A stretch of DNA of 64,000 nt. It comes from Podospora anserina. Taxonomy: Eukaryota. The stretch's first letter is position 1; every line of letters starts with the position of its first letter. Below, piece after piece: positions 38,690-50,376 of this stretch. Under the pieces are notes generated by a model, which saw only the letters and a list, made by a program, of their open reading frames with translations, made no database searches and was not told the DNA's origin. Where the stretch lies: NCBI GenBank assembly GCA_017654855.1, contig CM030333.1:5022001-5086000 (forward strand), in the 5' to 3' direction. The position numbers and the translations under genes were made by a program.

Positions 38690-39049
38690 TGTCGGATGTT
38701 GGAGTGATCAGGGGGTGTCGTTGAACGCGCTTGGCGATGGATTACTTGAGATTAAGTAGGTGGTGCTGTGGATTGATCTTTATGGGTAAAAGCGCGATGG
38801 TGGAAGTGCTCCTGAGCGCCATTGTTTGTTTTCATTGATGTTTCCAATTAACAAAGTCGTACAGTCAGGCAAACACAGTTGTTGCAATGTGGAACAAACT
38901 AGGGTTAGGAAATACCTTTGTATTGCATTGGGTTCAAAAAAGAGAGCAACAACATGCTTTCCAGGCTGGTTTCAGATTATCACTATTGCTTCTTCTCATG
39001 ATCAAGACTGTCTAATCTCCCCCGCCAACGTTCACCTCACCGTTGATCC

Positions 39050-41916
39050 TTATCGAGCAGCAACATCTTGAATACGACCATCATCATCGACCCTAAACAA
39101 CGCTAGTGCCATAGCATCCGAAAACATTGACCCAGGAGGCCGCTTGACGCTCAACATTCTCGTCAAGTTGATGGCGGGGTCTGGTGACACTGGGCTGACA
39201 GCGATTGGGCCCGGTGACCTCGAACGCCTAGCAGGAGACTGATATCTGTCTCCATTGCCACCCATACAAGGCACATCCAGATTCTGGGACAGATTTGGAT
39301 GCCTCCAGCGGTCATTAGAACTCACTGATGAGACAGGCGATGGCAGCACCCTCTCTTTCACGGCACTTCGCCTGCTCAAAGTGCCTGCAGATCGCTGCAC
39401 GTTACCACTGGAATTGGTGATCCCAAGGCCGCCGTTCATGCTCAGACCTTCCATCTGGGCAGCCATATTCCCCATCTCACCCGGGGGCGACAGTGACCGC
39501 TGTGGGCTGAGGTCCCTTCCCCTCATTGGCGATTTCGATCTTTGTGCGTTCATCCTCATATTCTCGTACAAGTTTGCCGGTCCGGGGGAGGCTCCTCGAG
39601 AGGCGTCCTTCTTTCGACTGTCTCTGTCCAGCAACTTCCAAACGCTTTCGAGCCAGGCGACTTTCTCCATGGGTTTAGTCGAGCGAATGGGGAGAACCTC
39701 GGCGCCTGTCATTTCGCGAGTCGGCCAGGGGAAACTGACAGCCATCTCACGAAGGGTCTGGCTGTGAAGCTGCCGAAGAACGATGCGGATCTGTGGTTCG
39801 ATGTTTGCCTCGGGAGGGAAGTGCCAGTCGCGACGTTGCTCAAGACGGCTAGCAATCTGTACCATGGCTCCTACCAACCTGCAGTATAATGTTAGCAATC
39901 TCGGTCAAACGACCAGGGGAGCCAGGATTCTTACCACTCAATAGCAACCTCGTCAGGAACAGACCTGGCCTTGTCCAACAGCCAACCCAACATCTCGGGC
40001 GAACCTGACAGATTCAGGATAGGGATACTCCGCTTGTCGTGTTCCCGATTCTGGAGTTTCATGATGAAGTCGTTGTACTCCTTCATGGCCTTCAGCTCCA
40101 AGCCAGCAAATTTGCCACCTCTCAGCGCATGGCAAATTTCATCACCAAGAGCGATACCAGCCTTGATGCCGCTGTTCAACCCACGACCTGGCCAAAAGTG
40201 CACAGTCATGGCTGCGTCGCCTGCTACAGCAACAAGAGCGTGAGGCCTTGTGACTGATGACGAGTCTGACAGCGGCAACATATGGACGCCTTCTCTCACC
40301 GCTTGGACCACGATGGGAATCCGCACCACGTTGATCACCTCGCTCTCCTTGAACCCGAACAGCTTGAGTCCATCCTCAACCGCTTTCCACAACGGCGAGT
40401 TTCGGTCCTCTGAAGGGGCAAACACCCTGCCCTCATCGAAGCCCTCGGGGATGCTTCCATCAAGTCTTCTCAGACAAGCCGGACGGCCAAAGTGAATCGG
40501 TTGTCCGTCGACGCTGACCATCTTGTGCCACTCCTCCTCGGTCAGTTGCATGTTGAGGTAGCCTCTCCCGTCATAATCGCTAGCGTTGAGCAAATACCTC
40601 GTCTGTCCCAACGTCAAAAACATATTCAGGGGTTGGCTCCACGGAAGCCCATTTCTCGCGCCCCTGTCAAAGGCCAAGCCCAGAGCATAACTCTTTCCCC
40701 TTTCTGTCTCGTACCCATCAAAATAACTCTTTCTAACCCACGACGCCGCGCCATCGGTACCCAACAGCACGTGGAAATCACCGCACTTCCCAGCTGCCAG
40801 CTCCTCCCTAGTCACACCCTCAGCATGCAAGTGAATCAACCCGGAAAACTCCTCCGTCTGGCAATGCTTGAGAAACCGATCCTCCACCTTTCTGATTTGG
40901 ATATTGGCGCTCCCTGGCCAGACTCTTTCCGGCCTGCCCGCGAACAGAGCCTCATACGACCTTGGCGACAGAAGATTGGTGACGGTGTCCTGGAGTGTCA
41001 CGACCTGGTCTCTTCTCTTGGCCGTGGCAGGGTAGTCAACCTTTCCTTCGGGGGTGATGATCCATCTCCTTTCCCAGACGTGGACTTCGACTTTGCCCCT
41101 GCCGCGCTCGGCGAGGGATATCGCGGATGCTAGGCCGGTGGGTCCGCCGCCGATGATGCACACCTTGAGTCGACCGGAAGGGTACAGCATCCTGATCAGC
41201 TCTCCGGGCGGCAGCGGGGAGAGGTTTCTTTGGAGGGCGGGGTCGAAAAAGAAATCTAGCACGGCTCGGGCACGGTCTGCGTACGGGTTCTCGGGCACGC
41301 GAGCTTTGAGGAGCATGTACCGGACGGCTTGGAGCAGCGGGGTGACGGTAAAGGACGCATGGCGGTTGCGGTAGAGTAGAGTCTGGACGGCATAGGCGAG
41401 AGCGGGAACGGTCCTGTTGTAAGAAGGGTCGGCAAGGATAGCTCTCAGCTTGTCGATGGCGGTAGTGTCGCCACTCATTGAGACGATTCGGAGGAGGAAG
41501 ATGCGGGCTCGGTCGATATCCGACCGGGAGACATCTTCAGCTCCCCAGGCATCTTGGTACACTTTGGGAAACAGAATGGCGTCTTCCTCTTGAGGGTTTG
41601 CACCGTTGCTGGAGGGGCTACCGCTCGTTCCGGCTAGTGGGGTGGAAGAAGGTGTGATTTGAACAGAGGGAGGTGGTGATGAGAAGGGTGAAGAGGAAAA
41701 GCTCGCGCTGAGGCGGTCTCGCAACCTGGTACCGCTTGGGGGGGCCAGAGTCTTCCCTCCTCCCAACATCCTGGCTGTTGACTGGTGTTTGCGTTTGGAT
41801 CGAGCTGCAAAAAAGGGCTGACCGTATTCGACCGAGGATAAAGAGGATCGAGGTGGTTGCTTTGGAACAGGATCTGTTGATGATGTTAATAATCGACTTG
41901 AGAACATGGTTGGCAT
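39050..41916 (-). CDS. FAD-dependent monooxygenase-like protein (PHBH/MICAL-type fold) with disordered Ser/Pro/Arg-rich termini; exons 41916-39935, 39878-39050
   Basis: GxGxxG (IIGGGPTG), DG motif (LLGTDGAASWVR) and GD motif (AVAGDAAM..HFWPGRGLNSG). Intron 39934-39879. Confidence 0.8.
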
Positions 41917-43325
41917 CTTTGACGGTATTCCTTCTGCTGTTGTTCTTCAAGAGCACAATGTTGCTGAAAGAAACAGCTAGATGAGAAGAACAACTTACAG
42001 GGAGTGAGACTTGTTGGCTTAGGAGTCTTAACTACGTATTTCGCGATGTCTGTTGGGCTTGAAGCATCAACAGCTGGTTCATCGGGCTGGGATTAGATAG
42101 CGTCGTGGTGCCTGAAAATGCCAGAACAAATCAACACGCAGCGTGGCATGACCCAGAAGAGATGCTGTGGGTAAGGTGTCAACGACAAACAAAGCGCAGC
42201 AACAAAGCGGTAATCGTCTGATTTTCCACCACGGTTTGCGGCGTTCCAGAAAGACGGGGGAGCAGGCCTTATTATGGCCCCCTTGGTTGGATCTAGGTAG
42301 GTATGGCAACCATCGGGGACAAAGAAACATGCTGGGCTTCGCCTCAAACCCACCCATGTCCCAGCATCTGCAATGGATGGTTGGTCCCGGGCGGCAGTGA
42401 ACCTCGCCAACCACCTTGGCGGGTATTGAGCCTTCCGGCTACATAGTGGCATCAATGCCGTGGATCAACGAGCATCTGACCGCCAAGCACCTGTCTCGAT
42501 GCGAAGGTGGACATCGTTGTTGGGTTCGCAAGTCCGACGTAATTTGTGTGCGGCGTCAAGCATCGAGAAGTGGTTATCCAAAGATAAGATCAGGTGGGTA
42601 GCATCCAAAAGCTGGATGCACAGTCGAATGGTGGCGTCGACCAGTCACATAAGTGCGGCTTGCATTTGGCTGCGTGTTTGCCATGTCGGTGCAGTTCACC
42701 GCAAGACCTGACTGGATTTGATATTTGACAGGCGTTGATGGCTTTTGCCCGGGCTTTCTCGGGGAGGCAGGAAGGTTGCAACCAAGAGGGCAGCTGCTAT
42801 GCTTGATGTCGAGATGGACTTGGCTTGAGAAGCGTTTTACCGCTTGAATGGTCATTTTTAGGTGCTGACCGTGCTCGGCTGACAACTGATGTAAAAAGGA
42901 TAGGTATATCGGATAACCATCCTGTTGGCGCAATCCCTATTTTGGTGGTCTTGAATGGTCAACACAGGCGTTGACTCACCGGATGCATCAAGTACCGCGC
43001 CTATTTGCACCCCAGCGCTTAAATGTTCTAAATTTACTTGCGACCCCGCCTTCCCACAAAATATCTTCAAGCTACCTTGCAGGTCTCATCGAGCTACCAG
43101 CGACAGGCTTGTCGCTCTCCTCGAGTTCAAGACTCCCTGGCTCTTTCTCAACATTTTAACCATTGTCAAAGAGGACGGCATCCGCTACTACAATGACATG
43201 GGACACGACAAGAAACTCTCACTAGACAGATTGCTTGATTCAACATGCTAATAAATGATTTCTTCATTTTTTAGGTCTGTAACTACACCCCATTTTCCAT
43301 TTCCCCATCCCTACCAACGTCCAAT

Positions 43326-43971
43326 CTAGCACCTGGCGGTCTGAATGGCATACACAGTGGTGCACCCGATGTTGTTGCACGCGTTGGGATCAGAGCAAGG
43401 GAACGAAATGGCCGCCGTGGGAAGAGGACCGTCACATCCGCAAGGACGGGTCAGAACGGACGTGGTGGTGCACTGAGGGACGAAGCAGCTTCTGCACGCC
43501 GTGGCCGTCTGGGTGATCGTCGGGCAGGCCGCACCACACGGCTTGGTGAGAGTCGAAGTCGAGGTTTGCGTCACGGTAGCGGTGATGGTTTGCTTGACGG
43601 TCGATACAGCAGTGGTGGCGCTTGTGATGGTGCGGGTGGCAGTTGCCGTCGTGGTGCTGACGGTGGTGATGGTGCGGACGACAGTAACACTGACGGTGGA
43701 AGCTGGAGGAGCGGGAAGGGTGAGTGTTGACGTCGCTGTCGCTGTTGTGGTCTTGACATCGGTCTCGGTCTTGGTGACAGTAGCCGTCACAGTCTGTGTT
43801 TCTGTTGGAAGACCAGGCCGACCAGTCCTGACGGTGGATGGTGTCAGGGTAATTTGGCCGAGAATGCCGCTATGTTGTGGTTAGCAACGGGACAGTACAG
43901 TACTCGAAGGCTTGAGGGGTGGAAGCCTACCTGGCGGCGAGACCGAGGACAAGAACAACGTTGGAAAGCAT
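43326..43971 (-). CDS. Small secreted Thr-rich protein with a Cys-rich C-terminal module; exons 43971-43931, 43869-43326
   Basis: Signal-peptide-like start MLSNVVLVLGLAAS|GILGQ. Intron 43930-43870 (GTAGGC...GCTAAC...TAG). Thr/Val stalk followed by 11 Cys. Confidence 0.8.
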
Positions 43972-44697
43972 TGTGAGTGACGGGAAAAAAGAAGAGATTG
44001 GTGGGTATCTCGAGACTTGCTTATCCTCACCTCACGATGCCACGCTTCCCAAGACTCTTATAGTTCGTGCAAACAACAAGACTACAGGCCGTCAAGCTGG
44101 GGTATGGAAGCGGACATCTTGGCAATGGTAAACAAGCTGACTTGACATATTGAATTATATTTCACGGAGCATCCGCATTCAGTCAACAAGGCACTCTTGT
44201 TTCTATAATGAGGTACGCAGGGAGCACTAAACGAGCCGGTATAACCTGGTCGTTGGGTTCTTGTTTATTTTCTGGTCTGCTTTTTGTGTGGAGTTTGGTC
44301 CAGATCGCACCTAGGAGGGAGGTTGAACCAATCGCATTTGCTGCTCTGGGGTAAGCTGTTGTATGCCGTCTATATTGCCGTTGCAACGACGACGCTGATT
44401 TTGGGCGAACCCTTTGCCAATACAATTAAGCGGTCAATATACCCGCTCCCGTTTCCAGGAACCACAACAGCGATTTAATCTTTAAGGTTGCTATAAATAC
44501 TAATGCGACGAGGAGTTGCACCTTCCTGCAATCTACTGCCCGGAAGGGTCCGCGATACCGAGAAAATTCACACTTTGAGACCATCAGTTGGCTGGATAGA
44601 TGCAACAACATGCTTTTCCCCCCGAAATCGGCATCTCTTTCCGGCAACTAATTCCATTAACGTGGGTTTATTAGTCACTCAAGATAGCTACCTTGTC

Positions 44698-46011
44698 TTA
44701 GACAAATTCCCCAGTCGCAAGGAGAACTTTGCCTTTATTCTCTGGTAAACTCAAGTCATGAGAGGAAGGGCGCTGCCATGCCATGTACGGTTGGCCAGCC
44801 ATAATCAACCTCTGCCGCATCTCAGACTCTCTCGGTTCCATGACACCAGAACAGTCAACCAATGGGGGGTCGGGAATTTCCGGCCATTCAACAGGGTTTC
44901 GGGCCACCTCTTCTGTCTCCGGATCCTCCTCGGCAGCTTTACGGCGTTCGACCCATGCCTTGAGGACCCGGAGAAACTCGGAGACATCGGCGTCGAGATT
45001 CACTTCTGGGTCCTTTTCCCAGAGATCGGCAGCTAGAAGTTGGACTCCATCTATCTCATACGGGCTCTCACCGTCGAATACGTCGCCGAGACTCCGTGTG
45101 ATAACGTCGAACATGGCAACGACGACGAGGTCAACATCGCTGATTTCTGGCTTCTCGCCAAGAGGAAACGCTGAGTTGAAGTCGAAGAGCAAAATGTTAT
45201 CAGTTCTCTCGTCAATGAGGAGGTTCCATGACAAGACATCGCCGTGGACCACTCCCAATTCAAGATTCAAGAAGTCGACTGTCTATTAGGAAAATGTAAA
45301 TGTCAGTATCGACGGGTCCATATCCCTGTGTAGGGCCAGACTAACCTCTATCAGCTGGTGCAAGTATTTCAATTTGAATAGCCGTGTCTTGGAATCGTCG
45401 AGAGTGCCACCTGGTATGAAGTCGGTGGTAAAACCAACGATCTTCTCAACACCCTTGACTGTCTCGGTGACGAGGCGATCAAACGACACAATGTTCGGGT
45501 GAGTACCGCGAGCGTGCATGCCAATGATGCAGTTGACTTCCTCCCAAAAGGCCCCAATGTTGTTTTCGTAGACAAGATACTTGAAAGTCGCCTCTTTCGT
45601 ATGACCTTCGGGGATATCGTAGGCTACGCGGTCGACCTGAAGTCCGAGTCGGTCCAGCTCAACAAGGTCGGAACGGCGGACTGAGGGTAGGGCCGGGGGG
45701 AACTGGTCCCTTGTCCAATAGCACGGAATCATGGTATAATCCTCTTCGACTTCGGAGCCTTGATCGATGAGTTCATTGCCGTCAGGGCTGACCTGGATCC
45801 AGACCGAATCCGATCGTATGGCTCCACTGTCGACAAATTTCGCCATGATTTTGAATACGACATCCTCATCACTGGTATCCTCGTTCATGTATAATTTGAT
45901 AGCGCGCCGCTGGTCAAAGTCGAAAACCAAGGCATATTGGCCTCTCGGTGTCCAGCTGGACTTGCTCAAAGTGAACCGCTGGTCTAGATCGCAATGCTCG
46001 AAGAAGGTCAT
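44698..46011 (-). CDS. Atypical protein kinase-like (PKL fold) protein, 2 exons (intron about 45343-45286)
   Basis: ATFK (beta3 Lys), WEEVN (alphaC Glu), HPNIVSFDRLV, FIPGGTL, VVHGDVLSWNLLID (catalytic loop) and LFDFN. Intron GTTAGT...CTGAC...TAG. Confidence 0.82.
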
Positions 46012-47009
46012 GGCGCTTCCCGTAGGCAACCTGGAACTGAGGGATGGGTAAGATATGTAGCGTGCGAGTATCTAGCGATGAAATTGACGGTAGATTGTTG
46101 GATGTCTAAAAAGAGAGGCTTTGCGGCTCATATGTGATTGTTGAAGTAGGTAGGTAAGCTTGTGTGCACTGGAGGCTATTTTTAGCACGGCACATGACCT
46201 TGTAGCCTCGGACAATTCACTTGATTATGACCAAACACACCTCCTACACCTTGGACTGTCCAACAATCCTGGATATCTATCATCACGGCGGCGTTTGATG
46301 ACTGAATGGGGCTAAATTGGACTTTTTTTCGAGTTGGCTGGTGGCCGCCTCACACCGCAGAAACACAGGAAAAGCTCAACAACTGCATCACAGCGCCGTA
46401 TCGCCTTGTTTTGAATACTCGGGCATTTGGATACATGCTCGTAAAGCTGTGAGTGTGAGTACCTATTTTTGTATTGTCTAGGTAGTGTTAAAAGCGAAGG
46501 GGACTCAAGTTGGCTCTTGTTCACTATGAAAAGTGTTCTCCATGGGGATAAGGTACCTACATTGCCCTGTTTCAACACACCTCTTGAAACTTTCCCGTCA
46601 GAGAGGTCTTTTAATCCGCGCCAGATTATTATTCTGGTCATCAAGAATGGATGAGCGGCGAAGACCGCAAGGCCAACTTCAACACCGGCTTTCTTGTTTC
46701 AACCTGTGGTCATCGGCGATACGTGCTCACCTTCGTACGGGCAACCAACGGTTTTAGACTGTCAGCCCGTAGAGAGAATTCATCTTGTTAAGGTAGTTGC
46801 TGGCTTGAATGATGCGCTCTTAGTGTTGAAAGCAGCTATATATATGGTGCAAAACTCCCTCTGAAGTTGTTTCTGATTTTACAAGCTTCAATTCATATCA
46901 GTTCAGTTTTCTTTTGTATACCTAGCTACCGCTTTATACACCAAGTTTCTACCTACTCCAGCAAACAATATCCTCAAATCAGCCCCTTCCACCTCCAGAA
47001 TCCCTTGCC

Positions 47010-48286
47010 ATGGCTGCTAATATCACACCGGCGGAAGCCCGAGCACGGGACGACTTTCACCAGATGATGCGAAATACTTTCCAATCATGTGCCATCGCTA
47101 CCGAGCCTCCTTATCAAATTGTCGGCGACAGTGTCAGAGACCCCACATGCAACTGCTTCGGATGGGCTGTTTGGAATTCAGACTGGGAAGACCCCACTGA
47201 CACTTACACCCTCCGTGGGCGTATCAATGCCCAAACATGGGCCCAGCTGGAAGAAGATTGCAAGAGCCCTGCCTACCCGCCGTGTTCCTGTTTGCTAACC
47301 GAGCTTTAGTTGACAAGCGCAAGTTTTACGAGCTTCCATTGAATACCCCTCGCCAAGTCGGCGACGTTGAGGTAAATATCATAGCCCCTCTCAACAATAT
47401 GCTGCGTACGAAGAAACTGATTTCGCATTGCCTTTGCAACAGGTGTACCAAGCACCGCACTACTCTGGACCGACGCATGCTCACAAGATCCTGGACCCGG
47501 CCCACAATGTATGCGCCTCCAAGCAGGAAGACTGGGCAGCAATCACACATGACGACGCGCTTCTCACTTCCCATATCCCTGGTGACGACCGCAGATTCAA
47601 GTATGGCGATATTGCAAGACTGTACCGCCGGGACGAGGCGAAACATAATCAAAGATGTAAGACTACCTACCTATCTAGGTAGTATCTTGGGTCTTGATAT
47701 GAGAAAAGGCAAAAGATGAAGTCAAAGTTTAGCTGGCTAACAACATGCGCCACTAGGGACCCGAACTTCCCGATCCAATCGCAAGATTAGAAAGACGGAT
47801 GCCGAGAAGACCAAGTCGGGCAAGACACAAGAAAAGAAGAGGTCGGCCGGCGCACTAAAGAAGGATAGCGGTACCAAGAGGACCAAGACAGCGCCCGCAA
47901 CTGCTAAACAAGTAAAGGCGGATATTGCCACAGCGCGAAGCCACCTGCTCAAGAAGTTTGCTTTGTGGAAAAGCCACAGCCCTCCTAGTAAGGCGGCTTC
48001 TACTCCGGTAAAGGGCACGAAGGGCGCCGTCCCTGTCAAGGGTGCGACTCCCGGAAAGACTGCTACGCCCGGCAAGACTCCTACTCCCGGCAAGACTCCT
48101 ACTCCTACTCCCGGCAAGACTCCTACTCCTACTCCCGGCAAGACTCCTACTCCTGCTCCCGGCAAGACTCCTACTTCTGCTCCCGGCAAGACTCCTACTT
48201 CTACTCCCGGCAAAACTCCTACTCCCGGCAAGACTGCCACTCCCAACAAGACCACTTTGCCATCCAGACCGGCTGCGAGAAAGTAA
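47010..48286 (+). CDS. Hypothetical protein with a putative papain-fold-like Cys/His domain (DUF7689-like) and a Lys/Thr/Pro repeat tail; exons 47010-47259, 47310-47371, 47443-47656, 47757-48286
   Basis: Three introns (the first probably GC-AG) join four ORF pieces in frame. Motifs PTCNCFGWAV, PTHAHK, CASKQ, AITH and KYGDIARLY. TATATATA at about 46837. Confidence 0.7.
48047..48252 (+). repeat. Coding tandem repeat, 18/24-bp units (ACTCCCGGCAAGACTCCT[ACTCCT]) encoding TPGKTP(TP)
   Basis: About 9-10 visible units. Confidence 0.9.
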
Positions 48287-48683
48287 GCAAAGAAGTCCTG
48301 CCTTGCTTTGGAGTCAACGAACAAGTGAGATTGCTTTTTCTTTTGTTGGAGTCTACAGTGAGTAGCGGAAGCCTACCTACGGTCAGGAGGTTTAAGGATG
48401 AGCGAATATATAGAGGATAATTCTGGATAGACGTAAAAGGAGTTTTTGGATTTTATTGGGATGCACCCCTGGAGGGTGGAATTGGCTGGTCCAATATAAT
48501 TGTTTTTGTTGAAAAGGTGTTCCACTCTTTCTTTGCGTCCTAGGCATCACTCCACTCTCATTGACGTTAGACCTTCATGTTCTCGAAAGGCAAAGCAGTG
48601 TGGCCGAATTATCAACTGTGGGATCGGTAGATTAGCCCTGAAAATACATCCCACTTCAGTCATCAGCAACCACCTGGCTGAAC

Positions 48684-49844
48684 TCAATCCAAAGGCTTCC
48701 TGCCATAAACGACATAGCTGTAAAGACACATCAGATTAGCGCCTTTTGAAGCCCGTTGAGCTTGGGTGGGTAAGTACTCACAAAGGATAATACGCCCTCA
48801 CCTCACCACTCTTCAACTCGGCCACCGCCTTCTCCGTCAGCTCCTGGAGACCAACCTCGTCCAACCCCGCAGCCCTCAAATAAGCCGGCATTCCCTTTCG
48901 GATGAATGTCTGAATCGAGACACTCCCCATCTCGCCAATCTCCCTATCCCTCTCATTCTCATGCCATCCCGTCGTCGGCAAGCCCGGCTCCGCCAGCCGC
49001 TCCTCCACATCCACAAATCCAATCTCTTGAAGCCACTTCTTGTAGTTTTTGGACTTGGTCATGCTGATACCAGACTTGAGGGAACCCTGGTTGAACAGAT
49101 CAACAATCTTTTCAAACGACGTGCCCGAGGCGGAGCCGTCTGGGGAGTGGATCTCGACGCAGAGGTCTTGAATCTCGACGTAGCCTCCGGGGGCGAGGTT
49201 CTCGTAGACGGATCGGAAGACCTGCGTGGGCTGGGTGAAGCAGCTGAGGATCATGCGGAAGTGGACAAAGTCGAATTTGGTGTCCGGGGCGAAGGACCAG
49301 GGGCCGTCTTGGGCGTCAATGTTGCTTTGAAAGGTGCAGTTGGAGGGGACGGGAGTGATGGCGGGGGTGATGCTGTCGATGTCTATGCCGGAGACGCGGG
49401 CAGCTGGGTGTTGTTTTGCTGGAAGCAAGTAGGTAGTTAGATAGCATGGTCTTTGACTGGATCAAGTCAACGGGGCCTTGCCAAAATGGATTGCCCATAT
49501 TCCAGTGCCTGTGCAAACGTCAAGCACATTCTGGGGCTCGTTGATTGGTGCCCAGGCGAGGTTCCCGTCCAGAAGTTTGGTGATCAAAATGTATTGAGTA
49601 TCTGAAACCTGTGTTATCAGCTGATTGATCGACCAGCTGGTTCTTCGACAACTGTAGCTGTCTTACCGAGGCGTTCTTTTTCCTGCTTATCATTTGGCAA
49701 CAGATACTCTCCATTTACATGTCAGCCCACCAGTTGAAAAATGATCAATGAGGACAACATACTTTTGGGGTCTTGAAATGTTCGTCCATCGCTCGTTGGG
49801 TCAGACGCGGATGCGCTCTGCTGTCCAGTCCCGGTTGTGGTCAT
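48684..49844 (-). CDS. SAM-dependent methyltransferase, LaeA-like/TAM family, 5 exons; first intron acceptor is non-canonical (possibly defective allele)
   Basis: Motifs GRTF, YLLPND..E.ERLD, VLDVCTGTGIWA, PVPSNCTF, FDFVHFR, ENLAPGGYVEIQD and terminal YVVYGRKP. Confidence 0.85.
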
Positions 49845-50376
49845 TTTGGATGGAGGTGTCGAAGCTCGGGAATACATAATGATGTTACTTTCAGTGGAAA
49901 GTCCAGAGTCTGAATCAAGACATCAGTGCTGTTGAGGAGAACCTCGGATTTATATGGGAACAAAGCTCCCGAATATCGGACTGCAAGTCACTCTTTATGG
50001 GGATGTGATATAGAACGCATGCACAGTGACGAATCCTACCCGCCATTCTCAATAAAAGGATTATCAATGCGAACATAACTCGTAGCAAGCTCTTGTGGTT
50101 AGGTTGCAGTGTGGCGTAGTCTGGACCATTCATAGCGAGGTTGTTCATCCACTGCTTCGCATATATTGACACGAATGAAGCTGATAGACGATCAAAGATG
50201 TCTGTGTGCCACTGCATTAGTTTCATGCATGCTCTAACTTCCCCGACTGCGATTGACGTCAAAGACTTACCTGAGGAGACAGTAAAATACGGAGCCAAGC
50301 AGTAGCTCATACCAAACCTCGTCATTCAGATACCTTACCCTGAGATTGAGAAATCTAGCTAACCAGTCGTGAATAA

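Noticed and set aside
47737-48324. Elastin-like antisense ORF (GVGVLP repeats)
   Set aside because: It is the shadow of the plus-strand TPGK repeat exon.
49915-50325. 136-aa minus-strand ORF between FAT1 and the methyltransferase
   Set aside because: No motif. It occupies the expected terminator/promoter space and is likely spurious.
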